From Gemmatimonadota bacterium (GTDB lineage Bacteria; Gemmatimonadota; Gemmatimonadetes; Gemmatimonadales; GWC2-71-9): a stretch of DNA of 62,225 nucleotides. Of the stretch, positions 1-9,622 are shown piece after piece. Within the stretch, counting starts at the first letter, position 1; each line of letters starts with the position of its first letter. The stretch is from contig JBDHDN010000001.1 in NCBI GenBank assembly GCA_039591485.1, forward strand, positions 1 to 62,225, in the 5' to 3' direction. A program made the translations under genes and the position numbers. The notes beneath the pieces were generated by a model. The model did no database searches, was not told the origin of the DNA, and saw nothing but the letters and a program-made list of their open reading frames with translations.

Positions 1-1554
1 GTTGTGCCGCGCCATGAGATTGGTGTAGGCGTTGTCGTTGACCAGCGCGGTGTACTCGTCGGGCCCGGTGACACCCTGGATGTGGAACTCCCCGTCGGGG
101 CCTCTGGGGTAGCCGCCGAGATCCTCCCACAACCGCGCGGTCTCGACCAGCATCTCCGCGCCATAGTCCCACAGGAAGTCACGATCGCCGGTGACCTCCA
201 CGTACTTCTCGAGCGCGTACATGATGTCGGCATCGATGTGGTACTGCGCGGTGCCGGCAGGGAAGAACGCTGACGCCTCCTCGCCGGTAATGGTGCGCCA
301 GGGAAAGAGTGCACCCTTGTTGTTCACCTCGCGGGCCCGCGCCCGTGCCTTGTCGAGCTGGGTGTAGCGGAACCACAGGAGATTCCGCGCGATCCGCGGT
401 GCCGTGTAGATCAGGAACGGCAGCACGTAGATCTCCGCATCCCAGAAGTAGTGGCCCTCATACGTCTGACCGGTAAGGCCACGTGCGCCGATGCCGCCGC
501 CCTCCGCGCGTCCGGAGGCCTGGAGGATGTGGAACAGGTTGAACCGGATGTACTGCTGTGCGCGGGGCTGTCCGGTGTCGACCTGCGCGTCGCAGCGATG
601 CCAGAAGTCCTGCATGAACCGCTCCTGGCTGTCGACCAGTGTGTCCATGCCGTCCCGTACGGCGCGGTCCAGGGTCCGCTCGCCGCGGTCACACAACTCT
701 CGCGCGGTGGCCCGGTGCGAACTGTGATACGCGATGTACTTGATGACCCGGATCCGCTCGCCCGGTACCGCTCCAACGCGAACGACTACTTCACCCTCGT
801 CGTCGCCGAGTCGGTTGTCGACAGTGTATGCACTGCTCGTCTCGATCACGTGATCCGTCGCGCACGCGAGCGCCATCCCGGAGCGGCAGGTGCGGAGCCC
901 CAGCGCTGCGCGCGCTTCAGCGGTGCGGTGCTCCTGTGGCTCGAGCACCTGATCCTCGAACCGGCGGGCCGCGCGCGGGTCGTGGCTGTTCGTGGGCAGG
1001 CCACCGGTGGGTGTGCGCATCGTCGAGACGATCGCGATCGGCGCCATGGAGTTGAGCACGGTCACTTCGTACTGGATCGCCGCGAGGTGGCGGTGCTCGA
1101 ACGATACGATGCGGCGGGACTGGATCAGGACCTGCTTCCCGGCCGGGGTCTCCCACAGGACGTGCCGGTCGAGTGTCCCGGCCCGCATGTCGAGCCGACG
1201 CTCGTACTCGAGCAGATTGGCGGTCGGGAGGTAGAACGGCTCGTCATCGACGAAGAGCTGAATCAGCTTCGCATCGGTGACGTTGAGCATGGTCTGCCCC
1301 GTCTTGGCGAAGCCGTACGCCTCCTCCCCATACGGGATCGGCCACGTCTCGTGGAAGCCGTTGATGAACGTCCCCGCCTGGAACACCGGACTGCCCTCTA
1401 CGAAGTTTCCGCGCATCCCGAGGTACCCGTTGGCAGTAGCGAAGATCGTCTCGTTCTGCGCTACGAACTCCGGACTGAACCGCCGCTCCACGATGGCCCA
1501 GTCGTTGTCCGGGTAGATGTCGACGGGAGGCAGAACGTGTCGGCGTGGGATCAT
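1..1554 (-). CDS. Glycoside hydrolase family 65 disaccharide phosphorylase (maltose/trehalose/kojibiose-phosphorylase-like); 3' end runs off the left edge
   Basis: Absent from the ORF track because no stop codon lies in the window. Hand translation of the minus strand from the ATG at 1554 gives an uninterrupted 518-codon frame: MIPRRHVLPPVDIYPDNDWAIVERRFSPEF..ANGYLGMRGNFVEG..GLTGQTYEGHYFWDAEIYVLPF..FPWRTITGEEASAFFPAGTAQYHIDADIMYAL. These are typical GH65 signatures. The start lies 4 nt after the pgmB stop. Confidence 0.85.
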   Translation of the reverse strand, partial: MIPRRHVLPPVDIYPDNDWAIVERRFSPEFVAQNETIFATANGYLGMRGNFVEGSPVFQAGTFINGFHETWPIPYGEEAYGFAKTGQTMLNVTDAKLIQLFVDDEPFYLPTANLLEYERRLDMRAGTLDRHVLWETPAGKQVLIQSRRIVSFEHRHLAAIQYEVTVLNSMAPIAIVSTMRTPTGGLPTNSHDPRAARRFEDQVLEPQEHRTAEARAALGLRTCRSGMALACATDHVIETSSAYTVDNRLGDDEGEVVVRVGAVPGERIRVIKYIAYHSSHRATARELCDRGERTLDRAVRDGMDTLVDSQERFMQDFWHRCDAQVDTGQPRAQQYIRFNLFHILQASGRAEGGGIGARGLTGQTYEGHYFWDAEIYVLPFLIYTAPRIARNLLWFRYTQLDKARARAREVNNKGALFPWRTITGEEASAFFPAGTAQYHIDADIMYALEKYVEVTGDRDFLWDYGAEMLVETARLWEDLGGYPRGPDGEFHIQGVTGPDEYTALVNDNAYTNLMARHN

Positions 1555-1557
1555 GCG

Positions 1558-2319
1558 TCAGCCCTCACGGTTGTCGTCGGTCACTTCGAGCTCCGCCAGA
1601 TCGGTCACGACCATATCGGCGCCCTGCTCACGCAGCGCGTTGTGTTCCCCCTCACGGGCCACACCGACCACGAGCCCGAATCCTCCGGCGCGCCCCGCCG
1701 TCACGCCCGACGCGGCATCTTCGATCACCACCGCACGCGCGGGCTCGACAGCCAGCAGGCGAGCAGCTTCAAGGAAGGTATCCGGCGCAGGCTTGCCGGC
1801 CAGCCCGCGCTCGGCAGCCGTCAGCCCGTCCACGCGTACCTCGAACAACACGGCGATCCCGGCTGCTTCGAGTACCGCCGCCGCGTTGCGACTGCCCGAC
1901 ACGACCGCCGTCCTGATCCCGTGCTCACGCAGTGCGTGTACGAGGGACAGCGAGCCCGGGTACACCTCGGGCGGCTCGATCGCGAGCGTCTCGTGGAACA
2001 GTTCGTTCTTCCGGTTGCCGAGACCGCACACCGTCTCGGCGGTGGGGGGATCGGACGGAGCGCCGTCAAGGAGTGTGATGCCGCGTGAGACGAGGAACGC
2101 ACGCACCCCGTCGTAGCGGGGCCTGCCGTCCACGTGGCGCTTATAGTCCGTCTCGATCCGGAAGGGTTCGAATGGCTCGCGGGTCGTGGCAGCGCGGCGT
2201 TCGAGGTATTCGTCGAACATCCGCTTCCAGCAGGCGGCGTGCACGCGGGCCGTGGACGTAATGACGCCGTCGAGATCGAACAGCACGGCGTCGAACCGGC
2301 GTGCGGCGAGGTCGGGCAT
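1558..2319 (-). CDS. pgmB: Beta-phosphoglucomutase (HAD superfamily)
   Basis: Track ORF of 253 aa. It carries the HAD motif I FDLDGVITST, GKPAPDTFLEAARLL and VIEDAASGVTAGRAGGF. It sits immediately upstream of the GH65 phosphorylase, which is the classical pairing. Confidence 0.85.
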   Translation of the reverse strand: MPDLAARRFDAVLFDLDGVITSTARVHAACWKRMFDEYLERRAATTREPFEPFRIETDYKRHVDGRPRYDGVRAFLVSRGITLLDGAPSDPPTAETVCGLGNRKNELFHETLAIEPPEVYPGSLSLVHALREHGIRTAVVSGSRNAAAVLEAAGIAVLFEVRVDGLTAAERGLAGKPAPDTFLEAARLLAVEPARAVVIEDAASGVTAGRAGGFGLVVGVAREGEHNALREQGADMVVTDLAELEVTDDNREG

Positions 2320-2358
2320 GATGGGGGAAACTAGCGCAGATGCGGCTCCGCCGCGCGT

Positions 2359-3810
2359 CTACGCCGTCGACCCGGAATCCTCGGAGTCCCCCCCGTTCAC
2401 GCTCACTCCGCCAGCCGTCGCGCGCGCGACCCTGGTGTACGTCACGAACCGCGGCCGGGGCACCGTCTCCCCATCGGCACCTGCTCGACAGGGACGCGCT
2501 GTGGGCCAGGAGCTCCCGCTTCCTCGCTGCGGATCCGTTCCCCGGCTGACGTGCGCCTCTGCGTGAGCTTCAGGGTACAACCGTATCGCAGGGAGCAAAC
2601 TGCGGCAGATCACGATCGGCCACGTCCACGATCTCGCCGTTGCCGACGCGCGCCGCCGTATCCGATCTTCCTCACGCGGATTCGATCGCAGCCAGCGCAG
2701 CAGCATCCCAAGCTCTCGCGGATCGTAGGTCTGCAGCACGAGCGCGTTCCACCCCCCGATGGCGTAGTCCTCACCCGTACCGCCGACGCAGGCGACCCCG
2801 CCAGCCGCCATCGCCTCCAGTCCCACCAGCCCGAACGGCTCGTGCCCGCTGTTGACGAGAACGGCACTCGATAGCCGGAACAGCGTGCGCTTCTCTTCCG
2901 GGCAGAGCCGCCACTTCAGCACGGCGACGTCTGCGTCACCCGCGGCACGGAGCCCCTGAAGGAGCGCAGCGCTGCCCTGGCACGACGCCTCCTGCTCCAC
3001 GACCCGCAACCCTACGGCGGCGGCATGGGCAAGCACTTCGGACCCGTGAGCCTCCATTCCGCCGCGTGCGACCAGCAGAGGACGCTGGCCGTCGCGCTTC
3101 AGCTCACGGACGCTGTCGACCGCCAGCAGCCAGCGTTTGTCGGGATCCCACCGCGCGACCTTGGTGACGAGCGTGCGGCCCGCGACGACCCGCCGGAGCC
3201 GCGCCACCGTGCCGCGGTCCGGTGGAATCAGGATGTCAGCGGGAATACCGTTGGGCACGACGAGCGGATCGACCCCGAGCGTCCACATGCGCTGCCGCAT
3301 GTAGCGGCTCACCGTCGTGATCGTCGCTGCCCTCGTGAGTCGTGCCCAATCGATGCGGTCGAAGCCGAAGATGTTGTTGGCGTTCCAGAAGATCCGGACA
3401 CGCTCCCTGAGGCCGCCACGGCGCAACAGGTAGTCAAGGTGGAGTACGGCATCGACGGTCTGCCATTCCTCCGCCATCACGACGATGGGATCGTCATTGT
3501 CCCTGAGCGCAGGCGCGAGCACTTCTTGAAACAGGAATGGGGGGAGGGAGGCAGCGTAGTCAGCACGCTTCCCTTCCTCTCCGTCGTACACGCCGCCCGG
3601 ATGATACCGACTGATCCACTGGCACCACCGGTGCAGCGTCAGCGGGCCCCGCGATTCGTGTCCGGGTAGATCGGGATCGCCCACGAACCACAGGTGCGTG
3701 TCGAACCCAAAATCGGCGAGGGTGCCGCTCAAGCCCTCGATCCGGCTCGCAATGCCCCCTGCCCGGGCATAGGGATCCGGACCTTCGAAGCTGAGGATGT
3801 GGAACCGCAT
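2359..3810 (-). CDS. GT4-family (group 1) glycosyltransferase with a low-complexity C-terminal tail
   Basis: Track ORF of 483 aa: MRFHILSFEGPDPYARAGGIASRIEGL..; C-terminal GT-B motif SGHEPFGLVGLEAMAAGGV. A GAGGAG RBS lies 5 nt upstream of the ATG. Confidence 0.75.
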   Translation of the reverse strand: MRFHILSFEGPDPYARAGGIASRIEGLSGTLADFGFDTHLWFVGDPDLPGHESRGPLTLHRWCQWISRYHPGGVYDGEEGKRADYAASLPPFLFQEVLAPALRDNDDPIVVMAEEWQTVDAVLHLDYLLRRGGLRERVRIFWNANNIFGFDRIDWARLTRAATITTVSRYMRQRMWTLGVDPLVVPNGIPADILIPPDRGTVARLRRVVAGRTLVTKVARWDPDKRWLLAVDSVRELKRDGQRPLLVARGGMEAHGSEVLAHAAAVGLRVVEQEASCQGSAALLQGLRAAGDADVAVLKWRLCPEEKRTLFRLSSAVLVNSGHEPFGLVGLEAMAAGGVACVGGTGEDYAIGGWNALVLQTYDPRELGMLLRWLRSNPREEDRIRRRASATARSWTWPIVICRSLLPAIRLYPEAHAEAHVSRGTDPQRGSGSSWPTARPCRAGADGETVPRPRFVTYTRVARATAGGVSVNGGDSEDSGSTA

Positions 3811-4115
3811 CGTGCTCCTCAGTCACTGAAACAGGGCACCACAGCCCGGCAATGAAAGGCGGGCACGAGATCGCCACGATGAGTTTCACGAAGTATTGGC
3901 AAGTCCATCCGCGGCGGCAATCCGGACAAACCCTGAGTGCAAGTGCACCGCCGTCCCAATACCGACGGAGCGATTCGCTGATAGTGGTGGGTGAGAGCGC
4001 CGTCCTGGCGTCCGGCCGCTGGCGATGCCGAGGTACGAGGTGAGACCGCCGGAAATGCTCGAGGCGTGAGATGCGCATTCGAGCGCGCCCCACGCCTCGA
4101 GCAACGCAGTGTCGA

Positions 4116-4565
4116 CTAGGGTGTGTACCAGATCGGGCTGGTGTACGCCCGCTCCTGCGTCGTCATCGGCACTTCGGGCGGCATGGTGATCCCGAAGCGC
4201 TTCGCCTCGTAGGCCGTCCAGCGCGGTGTCGGGATCTCCAGCACACGTGCGCAGTACTCCGCCGGGTGATCGGGGTCGAAGTCCGGGTCAGTCCAGAAGG
4301 TGATCAACTCCGGATCACCGATGGTATTGGTCCAGGTCGCGTTGGCAACATCCACTGTGTTTCCGACCGGCGGTAGCTTGCCCTCGCGACCGATCCGTCG
4401 GTCTCCGGACCACACGACGTCGTAGACCTTCTCGTGGCGCTCGCCGTCGTCGTCCACTCAGCTCTTGATGATCTAGATGCGGTCGAGGTTGCCCGACAGT
4501 TGATCCATCCGGTGGGCGACCGGGAAGGTCACCGGGAGCGCGGGAAATCACCGCCCACGCCCCCG
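4116..4565 (-). pseudogene. C-terminal stump of a DUF3604-family gene (copy 1) with two in-frame nonsense codons and an upstream frameshift
   Basis: ORF 4116..4457 (..[80 protein letters not shown]) aligns to the last ~110 aa of the intact copy at 58736..60727. Upstream the same frame reads VTFPVAHRMDQLSGNLDRI(TAG)IIKS(TGA)VDDDGE, against [18 protein letters not shown] in the intact copy. The remaining ~500 N-terminal codons are absent. Confidence 0.75.
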
Positions 4566-4583
4566 GCTTTCTCGGTTCTGATC

Positions 4584-5126
4584 CTACTTCACCGAATACC
4601 CTCGTGCCTCGAGGCAGGCCCCGGCGGCCTTCTTGAACGTGTCGAGTGCCTGCTGGTTCTGCGCCTGGGCTTGAGCCGCTCCCTGCTGCCCAGCCTGGGC
4701 GGTTGCGGCTCTCCTGGCACGGTGGCCACCCATCGCACCGGCGACGGCACCGATAGCCGCGCCCTTCCCGGCATCACCGGCAATCGCGCCAATGGCGACG
4801 CCGGCAACGGCACCTCGCGCCGCTCCCGCCACCGCTGCCCCCTGGGTGGCTTGAGCGGCTTGCTGCTGCGCGGCCTGCGCCGCCGAGTCGAGGTCCACCG
4901 AACCCGCCTGGAGCGTCAGACCTGTCTGAGCCTCGGCCCACTCCGTGCACGATGCCTCGTCGGCCTGCTGCTGCTCCGGGGTTTGGTCCTGCGCCGGGTA
5001 AATGAACATCCCGATCTGCGAAAGAGTCGGCGCGGGGGGCGCCGCCTGCTGAGTCGTCGCGACCTGGGCCGCCGCAGGCACCGCAAGGGCGAGTGCGAGC
5101 GCGGCAGCGAGTAGTGAACTGCGCAT
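4584..5126 (-). CDS. Secreted glycine-zipper protein
   Basis: Start chosen at MRSSLLAAALALALAVPAAAQ (signal peptide) with an AAGGAG RBS 7 nt upstream; the track ORF extends further 5' without support. It has a Gly-zipper core GAVAGVAIGAIAGDAGKGAAIGAVAGAMGG and Q/A-rich flanks. Confidence 0.6.
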   Translation of the reverse strand: MRSSLLAAALALALAVPAAAQVATTQQAAPPAPTLSQIGMFIYPAQDQTPEQQQADEASCTEWAEAQTGLTLQAGSVDLDSAAQAAQQQAAQATQGAAVAGAARGAVAGVAIGAIAGDAGKGAAIGAVAGAMGGHRARRAATAQAGQQGAAQAQAQNQQALDTFKKAAGACLEARGYSVK

Positions 5127-5175
5127 GGGGAAACTCCTTGCCATCATTGCCATCTCTTGATAACGCACGCCTTCC

Positions 5176-5649
5176 TCACCGCACGATCGACTGATGGGCG
5201 TGCCGGATACGCCACTGGCCGCTCTCACGCACGAACACGAGCGTCGTCCCGATCCCCACGGGGTCGGACGTCCACCCGGCCTTGTCGGTGTACGTCCCTT
5301 CGCCAATCGCCAGCACGAGGGCAACGTCCGGGCTGAGAATCCGTACCCGCTTCTCCAGGATGTCCTGGTGCTGGCTCTGGATGGCGGCATAGGTGTCTTC
5401 GAACCGCGCGCGAATGCTCTCGATCCCGCTCAGCATCACTTCGCCCGTGATGAACGTAAGCTCGCCCTCGCCCTCGGCGGCGGCCAGCACCTGATCGACG
5501 TCTGCGGTTGTCGCTCCGGCCATCGTGGACTGCAGGACCGAGTCGATCGCGGCGAGGATCTCCGGATCGTCCGGGTCGAAGCTCGCCACCTGGCAGGATG
5601 TGAGCAGGAGTACGGCTCCAATACTGCATGCGGCCTGTATGCGCATCAT
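5176..5649 (-). CDS. NTF2-like (SnoaL/DUF4440-type) lipoprotein
   Basis: Track ORF of 157 aa with lipobox LLLTSC. The fold-type pattern ..TFITGEVMLSGIESIRARFE..TTLVFVRESGQWRIRHAHQS fits this family. RBS spacing favours the second ATG at 5646. Confidence 0.55.
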   Translation of the reverse strand: MMRIQAACSIGAVLLLTSCQVASFDPDDPEILAAIDSVLQSTMAGATTADVDQVLAAAEGEGELTFITGEVMLSGIESIRARFEDTYAAIQSQHQDILEKRVRILSPDVALVLAIGEGTYTDKAGWTSDPVGIGTTLVFVRESGQWRIRHAHQSIVR

Positions 5650-5697
5650 GTCTCCTTGATCGCTTGCGCGTAATCTAACAGTAGCCAGGGCGGTCCC

Positions 5698-6264
5698 TCA
5701 CCGCCCGATCGGGAACCCGACGAAGGCCCGGAACTGCCACGAGCGGTTCGTGGCGAGAGACACGTCGAAGGCGTCCGACAGCCCGATCGAGTAGCGGGCG
5801 TCCAGCGCAACGAACCGGTTCGGCCCCAGCCACCGACCGATCTGCAGACCGATGGGCCAGGCCCACTCCGTTCCCTTCTTGCTGTCGCACGCCAGTGACG
5901 CCACGTCCGACTTGCAGGAGATCGGGAAGGCAATCCCAATCCCCGTGTACAGTCGCGCACCGAGTCCGTTGGCAGCCTGGGCGACCCCGCCGAACAGCAA
6001 CGGAATCTCGATATAGTCGATGCGGGTGTCGCCCCCACCCTTCTGCACCCAGTTGCCTTCCAGCTCCGTGACGAGATAGTTGAAGTTCCGGTAGCCAAGG
6101 GAAATGCCGGCGGTCCCGCCCCAGCGCGAGTCGGTGTTGACCACCCCCCCGTACAGATCCCCGAGGGTCGCGCCGCCCGAGATAGCGACGAAGGCCCCCT
6201 GCGCTTGGACGGCCGTGGCGGCTACGACTACGAACGACAGCACCAGCGTAACGATGCGACGCAT
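5698..6264 (-). CDS. Small outer-membrane beta-barrel protein
   Basis: Start at MRRIVTLVLSFVVVAATAVQAQ (signal peptide) with a GGAGGG RBS. It has alternating beta-strand patterns and a C-terminal aromatic-rich end ..WQFRAFVGFPIGR. The 5' part of the track ORF is not supported. Confidence 0.65.
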   Translation of the reverse strand: MRRIVTLVLSFVVVAATAVQAQGAFVAISGGATLGDLYGGVVNTDSRWGGTAGISLGYRNFNYLVTELEGNWVQKGGGDTRIDYIEIPLLFGGVAQAANGLGARLYTGIGIAFPISCKSDVASLACDSKKGTEWAWPIGLQIGRWLGPNRFVALDARYSIGLSDAFDVSLATNRSWQFRAFVGFPIGR

Positions 6265-6575
6265 GTCCCTCACCCTCCCCGGGGGCACCGTGCCCTCCGA
6301 TAAGTGACGCGGTAGCGAGCACGCCTGGTCAGTGCAGTGAGCGTCCACTCCGCGATCTGAATCTCGCAGGTAATCTACCGGCAGGGACTCCGCCGTCGAG
6401 GTCGTGCTGCAATCACCGCACGGGCCGGCACCGCGTCGCTCGGCCATTTGAACGCCGCCGTATCCGACGTGATCCGGATCTCACACCCGACCCTCACCTT
6501 TCGCCTCGGGCGGCCGGACGTGCGAATGGAGTTGACTCCCGCCTCTCCTTCAGCGCAGATCGGCAGGTCGCGCGT

Positions 6576-9176
6576 CTACTGAAAGGCCAGCCCCGCGAAG
6601 TTCGCGAGGAATAGGAAGAAGAAGCCGCTGTCCGGGCTCGATCCGGCCCCGACGTGGAACGCGCTCGCACGGTCGAAGGACGTGACGAACACGCCGCCAC
6701 CATACGAGGGGTGCCACCTGGAAGAGTCCTCGCCGTCCACGAACACCCTCGCGGCGTCGCCCATGCCGAAGAGACCGAAGCTCCCGGGAACGAACCCCCG
6801 GAAACGCGCGAGGGTCCAGCGCAGTGCGGCCAACCCTCCGACGGACGCCTCGCCGGCCCACCGGTTCCACTTGGTACCCAGCGGGTAATTGCTACCACCG
6901 ATATAGGCCGCTTCGAAATAGGGGACGTCCCCCCAGATCTTCCTGCCGCGCAGGTGGAGCGACAGTAACAGCGGCTTTGCGAGCGGGATGTAGCCGGCGG
7001 CGTGAGCGCCGATGTACCCGAACCGACTCTCGACGTCCCACGTCTGGAAGAAGTAGCTGCCCTCCCCCTCGATGAGAAACCCCGGCGTGAGGACGGTTTG
7101 CAGACCACGTGTGTCATAGCGGCCGCGCAGTTGGATGCCGATCTGGCCGAACTTGTCGGAGCCCACGGGCCGCTCTCGACCCAGTACCGTGTTCGAATCC
7201 GTCCCGCTGGAACTCGTGTACCTGACGATCGGGCCGATGGCCACCGCGCCCTTGTCTGCCGAGTACAAAGCAACACCCGGAAACAAAGTGAACTGGTACT
7301 GCGCAACCCGGTATTCCCGCTCGCCCAGATCGCCTGGGGTTTCGTTGCCCAGCCCGTAGTAGCGCAGCTGGTCGACTCCGGAGAATCGCGCTTCGAGCAC
7401 GTAACCGAACCGGGAGTTTTCCCGCCTGAAACTACCTTTGTAGTCCACGAACGGTCGGGTCACACCGAAGGCGAACCCGCCCTTGAGAATGTGACGATTC
7501 GCCCACGGGTACTTGCGGAACCCGTGGGCTCTGGTATCGAACCCGCCGCCCACGGTCAGGCCGGGATCCGACTGATACCCCGCGATCATCAGGGGCTTTG
7601 TCATGCCACCCCAGTCCTGCGCCGGGACCCATGGCATATCGTTGGGAGGCCTCGTCAGCGGCATCGTGAACGGCTTGGTGTTGAGTGTGGTCCCGCTGTC
7701 GCCGATCCGACGGCTCTCGCCCTCCGAAGCGTAGAACTTCACGCCGAATCCCCGCGAATCGTCGACCGTACTCACTCCAGGACCACCGATCACGCGAACG
7801 GTGATCGCCGGAGGGCTCGTTCCCCTAGTCACGACCGAGTCGCTCCCACCATGCAGATAGATCCGGACTTCCTTCGTTTCAGCCCGTGCAAAGCGACGGC
7901 GATAGTAGGGAGTCTCGAGGGTCGATTCTGTCCGGAGCGTCGCGACCTCCACCTCGACGTCTCCGTTCTCGAAGCTCTCGATGATGACGCGCTCGCCCTG
8001 GTCGGTGCCCTGAACGTCCACCTTGTCTGCGAGATAGGCGTAGTAGCGCTCCGCCATGGCGGCGAGCGCGTCCCGTCGGATCCTGAGTTTCGCCGAGATC
8101 TCCGCACCACGCCGCTCGTAATACTCGGGCGGCATCCGTCGTAGTCCTTCCTCCAGCACCTCGTCCGTCAAACGCCGCTGGAGGTCGTGGGCGATCTCCA
8201 TCCACTCGGGCTTCTCGATATTCGTCAGGAGAAAACGGTCGACATCCCAGCCGTTCTTCGTCGCCCGGCGCAGCGGCTCGAACTCGTCGTCGTACTTCAC
8301 GTACTGCGCGCCCTGGAGGCGGGCAAGGTCGAGCAGAAGTCCCCGGTAGTCTGTGAAGACCTGGTCCCGATCTTCGGGAATGGGTTGGAGCAGCGGTGTA
8401 TCCGGGAACCGCGCCCACCGCCACTGGCCGTGATGGCGATCCCAGTCGTTGAGAAGAAGGTCGAGGAGCCGCGCCTGCAGGAACGTCCGCGTGTCGGGCA
8501 GATACTGGGTACCCGCCTGCCGTGCACTCCAGAACTCCTCGGGACTGAGGATCTCGGATGCGCCACGGAATCCCGGGTTGCTATCGGACACCGGCTGCGG
8601 GAACTCCGTGATGACCCCCAACACACCAGCGAACTGTTCCCGAAACTCGGCGAGCGCGGGGTCGTCGGGCATGACGACGAGACGGGGATCGGTGGGTGCA
8701 GGGAGTCCCGCCGCCTGCTCGATCGGAGCCGTGACGACCTGCACGCCCGGGAAGTTCGCCGCGATCTGGTCTTGAATGACCTCGGCGAGAAACGTGCCGC
8801 GGAATGCCGGCGGGATCGTTTCGTCGGAATAGACTTTGTCTACGGAGCGGAACGTGTAATCGCGTCCGTCGCGGCCCCGCAGGGCGAGGCCGAGCGTCTG
8901 CATGCCACCCACTCGCATGACCGGTGTGAGGCCGCCGGCAAATGCCCGCAGATCGAGCACCTCGACCTCGACTGGAGCGGTCCACAGGTCTCGGTACCCG
9001 TCGCCCAGGAGCCAGCGTTGGCCCCCAGGTGGACTGGCGTACTGCGCTCCGGCAACGACGGTCGCCGTGCGGGCCTGCGCTGTCGCCCCGGATTGCGCTG
9101 CCGCGGCCAGCGGAATAGCCGAACAAGCGATTACCACCCCCATTCCCGCGACGGTAGTCCGCTGCATTTCGGTCAT
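6576..9176 (-). CDS. Omp85/BamA-family (surface antigen D15) outer-membrane protein with a large N-terminal region
   Basis: Track ORF of 866 aa with a signal peptide. The N-terminal region contains DWDRHHGQWRW. The C-terminal ~300 aa are Omp85-barrel-like (..YIGGSNYPLGTKWNRWAGEASVGGLAALRW..GGGVFV..). Its ATG overlaps the K+ channel stop as ATGA. Confidence 0.7.
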   Translation of the reverse strand: MTEMQRTTVAGMGVVIACSAIPLAAAAQSGATAQARTATVVAGAQYASPPGGQRWLLGDGYRDLWTAPVEVEVLDLRAFAGGLTPVMRVGGMQTLGLALRGRDGRDYTFRSVDKVYSDETIPPAFRGTFLAEVIQDQIAANFPGVQVVTAPIEQAAGLPAPTDPRLVVMPDDPALAEFREQFAGVLGVITEFPQPVSDSNPGFRGASEILSPEEFWSARQAGTQYLPDTRTFLQARLLDLLLNDWDRHHGQWRWARFPDTPLLQPIPEDRDQVFTDYRGLLLDLARLQGAQYVKYDDEFEPLRRATKNGWDVDRFLLTNIEKPEWMEIAHDLQRRLTDEVLEEGLRRMPPEYYERRGAEISAKLRIRRDALAAMAERYYAYLADKVDVQGTDQGERVIIESFENGDVEVEVATLRTESTLETPYYRRRFARAETKEVRIYLHGGSDSVVTRGTSPPAITVRVIGGPGVSTVDDSRGFGVKFYASEGESRRIGDSGTTLNTKPFTMPLTRPPNDMPWVPAQDWGGMTKPLMIAGYQSDPGLTVGGGFDTRAHGFRKYPWANRHILKGGFAFGVTRPFVDYKGSFRRENSRFGYVLEARFSGVDQLRYYGLGNETPGDLGEREYRVAQYQFTLFPGVALYSADKGAVAIGPIVRYTSSSGTDSNTVLGRERPVGSDKFGQIGIQLRGRYDTRGLQTVLTPGFLIEGEGSYFFQTWDVESRFGYIGAHAAGYIPLAKPLLLSLHLRGRKIWGDVPYFEAAYIGGSNYPLGTKWNRWAGEASVGGLAALRWTLARFRGFVPGSFGLFGMGDAARVFVDGEDSSRWHPSYGGGVFVTSFDRASAFHVGAGSSPDSGFFFLFLANFAGLAFQ

Positions 9177-9622
9177 GACCGCCTCGGCGTGCTGAGTTGC
9201 GGCAGGGTCGTACTGAAGTGGCGGACGGCGATGATGATCAACGCCGTGGTCCAGCCGAACATGATGATCCCGTTCGCAGCCTGAAATGAGGCCAACAAAC
9301 GCCAGTCGCCCTCCAGCACGATGTCACCATATCCGAGCGTTGTATAGGTTACGGTCGAGAAGTAGAGCGCCGTCTCGAAATCGGGGATCGCGTCGAGCAC
9401 GAGATACGCGCTCGCCCATGCGCTCGCCTCGACGAGCGTGGCGAGGAACAAGATGAGCACCAGCGCTCCCACGACCAGTGAGCGGATCCAGATCGAGGCA
9501 TCCTGGAGATGCTTCGCCCGTGACAGGATGAGCCACCTGAGACCGACGGCCTGACCACCGGCGTGGATGATCGTGGTGACGATCATCATCGTGCCTCCAA
9601 TGGCGACCTGGAGTGGAATCAC
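9173..9622 (-). CDS. Small KcsA-like potassium channel (Ion_trans_2 pore domain)
   Basis: It has the canonical selectivity filter TVTYTTLGYGD flanked by TM helices. Start placed at the GTG at 9622, downstream of an AAGGAGG RBS; an alternative ATG lies at 9589. The 5' part of track ORF 9173..9934 overlaps the upstream SBP gene and was discarded. Confidence 0.8.
   Translation of the reverse strand: MIPLQVAIGGTMMIVTTIIHAGGQAVGLRWLILSRAKHLQDASIWIRSLVVGALVLILFLATLVEASAWASAYLVLDAIPDFETALYFSTVTYTTLGYGDIVLEGDWRLLASFQAANGIIMFGWTTALIIIAVRHFSTTLPQLSTPRRS

Noticed and set aside
451-2088. 545-aa plus-strand ORF, among the longest in the left part of the track
   Set aside because: It is antisense to the hand-translated GH65 gene and to pgmB. 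The product is Arg/Ala/Gly/Pro-rich with no recognisable domain, whereas the minus strand gives clear GH65 and HAD motifs. This is a typical high-GC shadow ORF.
3560-4093. 177-aa minus-strand ORF and 63-aa plus-strand ORF (3852..4043) in the 300-bp gap between the GT4 gene and the DUF3604 stump
   Set aside because: The long ORF overlaps the GT4 5' end in another frame and is Arg-rich with no RBS. The short ORF has no support. The gap is more likely promoter, leader and deletion-scar DNA. An 11-bp inverted repeat CTCGAGGCGTG..CACGCCTCGAG at about 4059-4102 may be a leftover terminator of the DUF3604 stump.
7191-7200. tRNA T-loop-like GTTCGAATCC
   Set aside because: It lies inside the Omp85-family CDS. 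No acceptor or anticodon stems can be drawn around it. It is a chance match.
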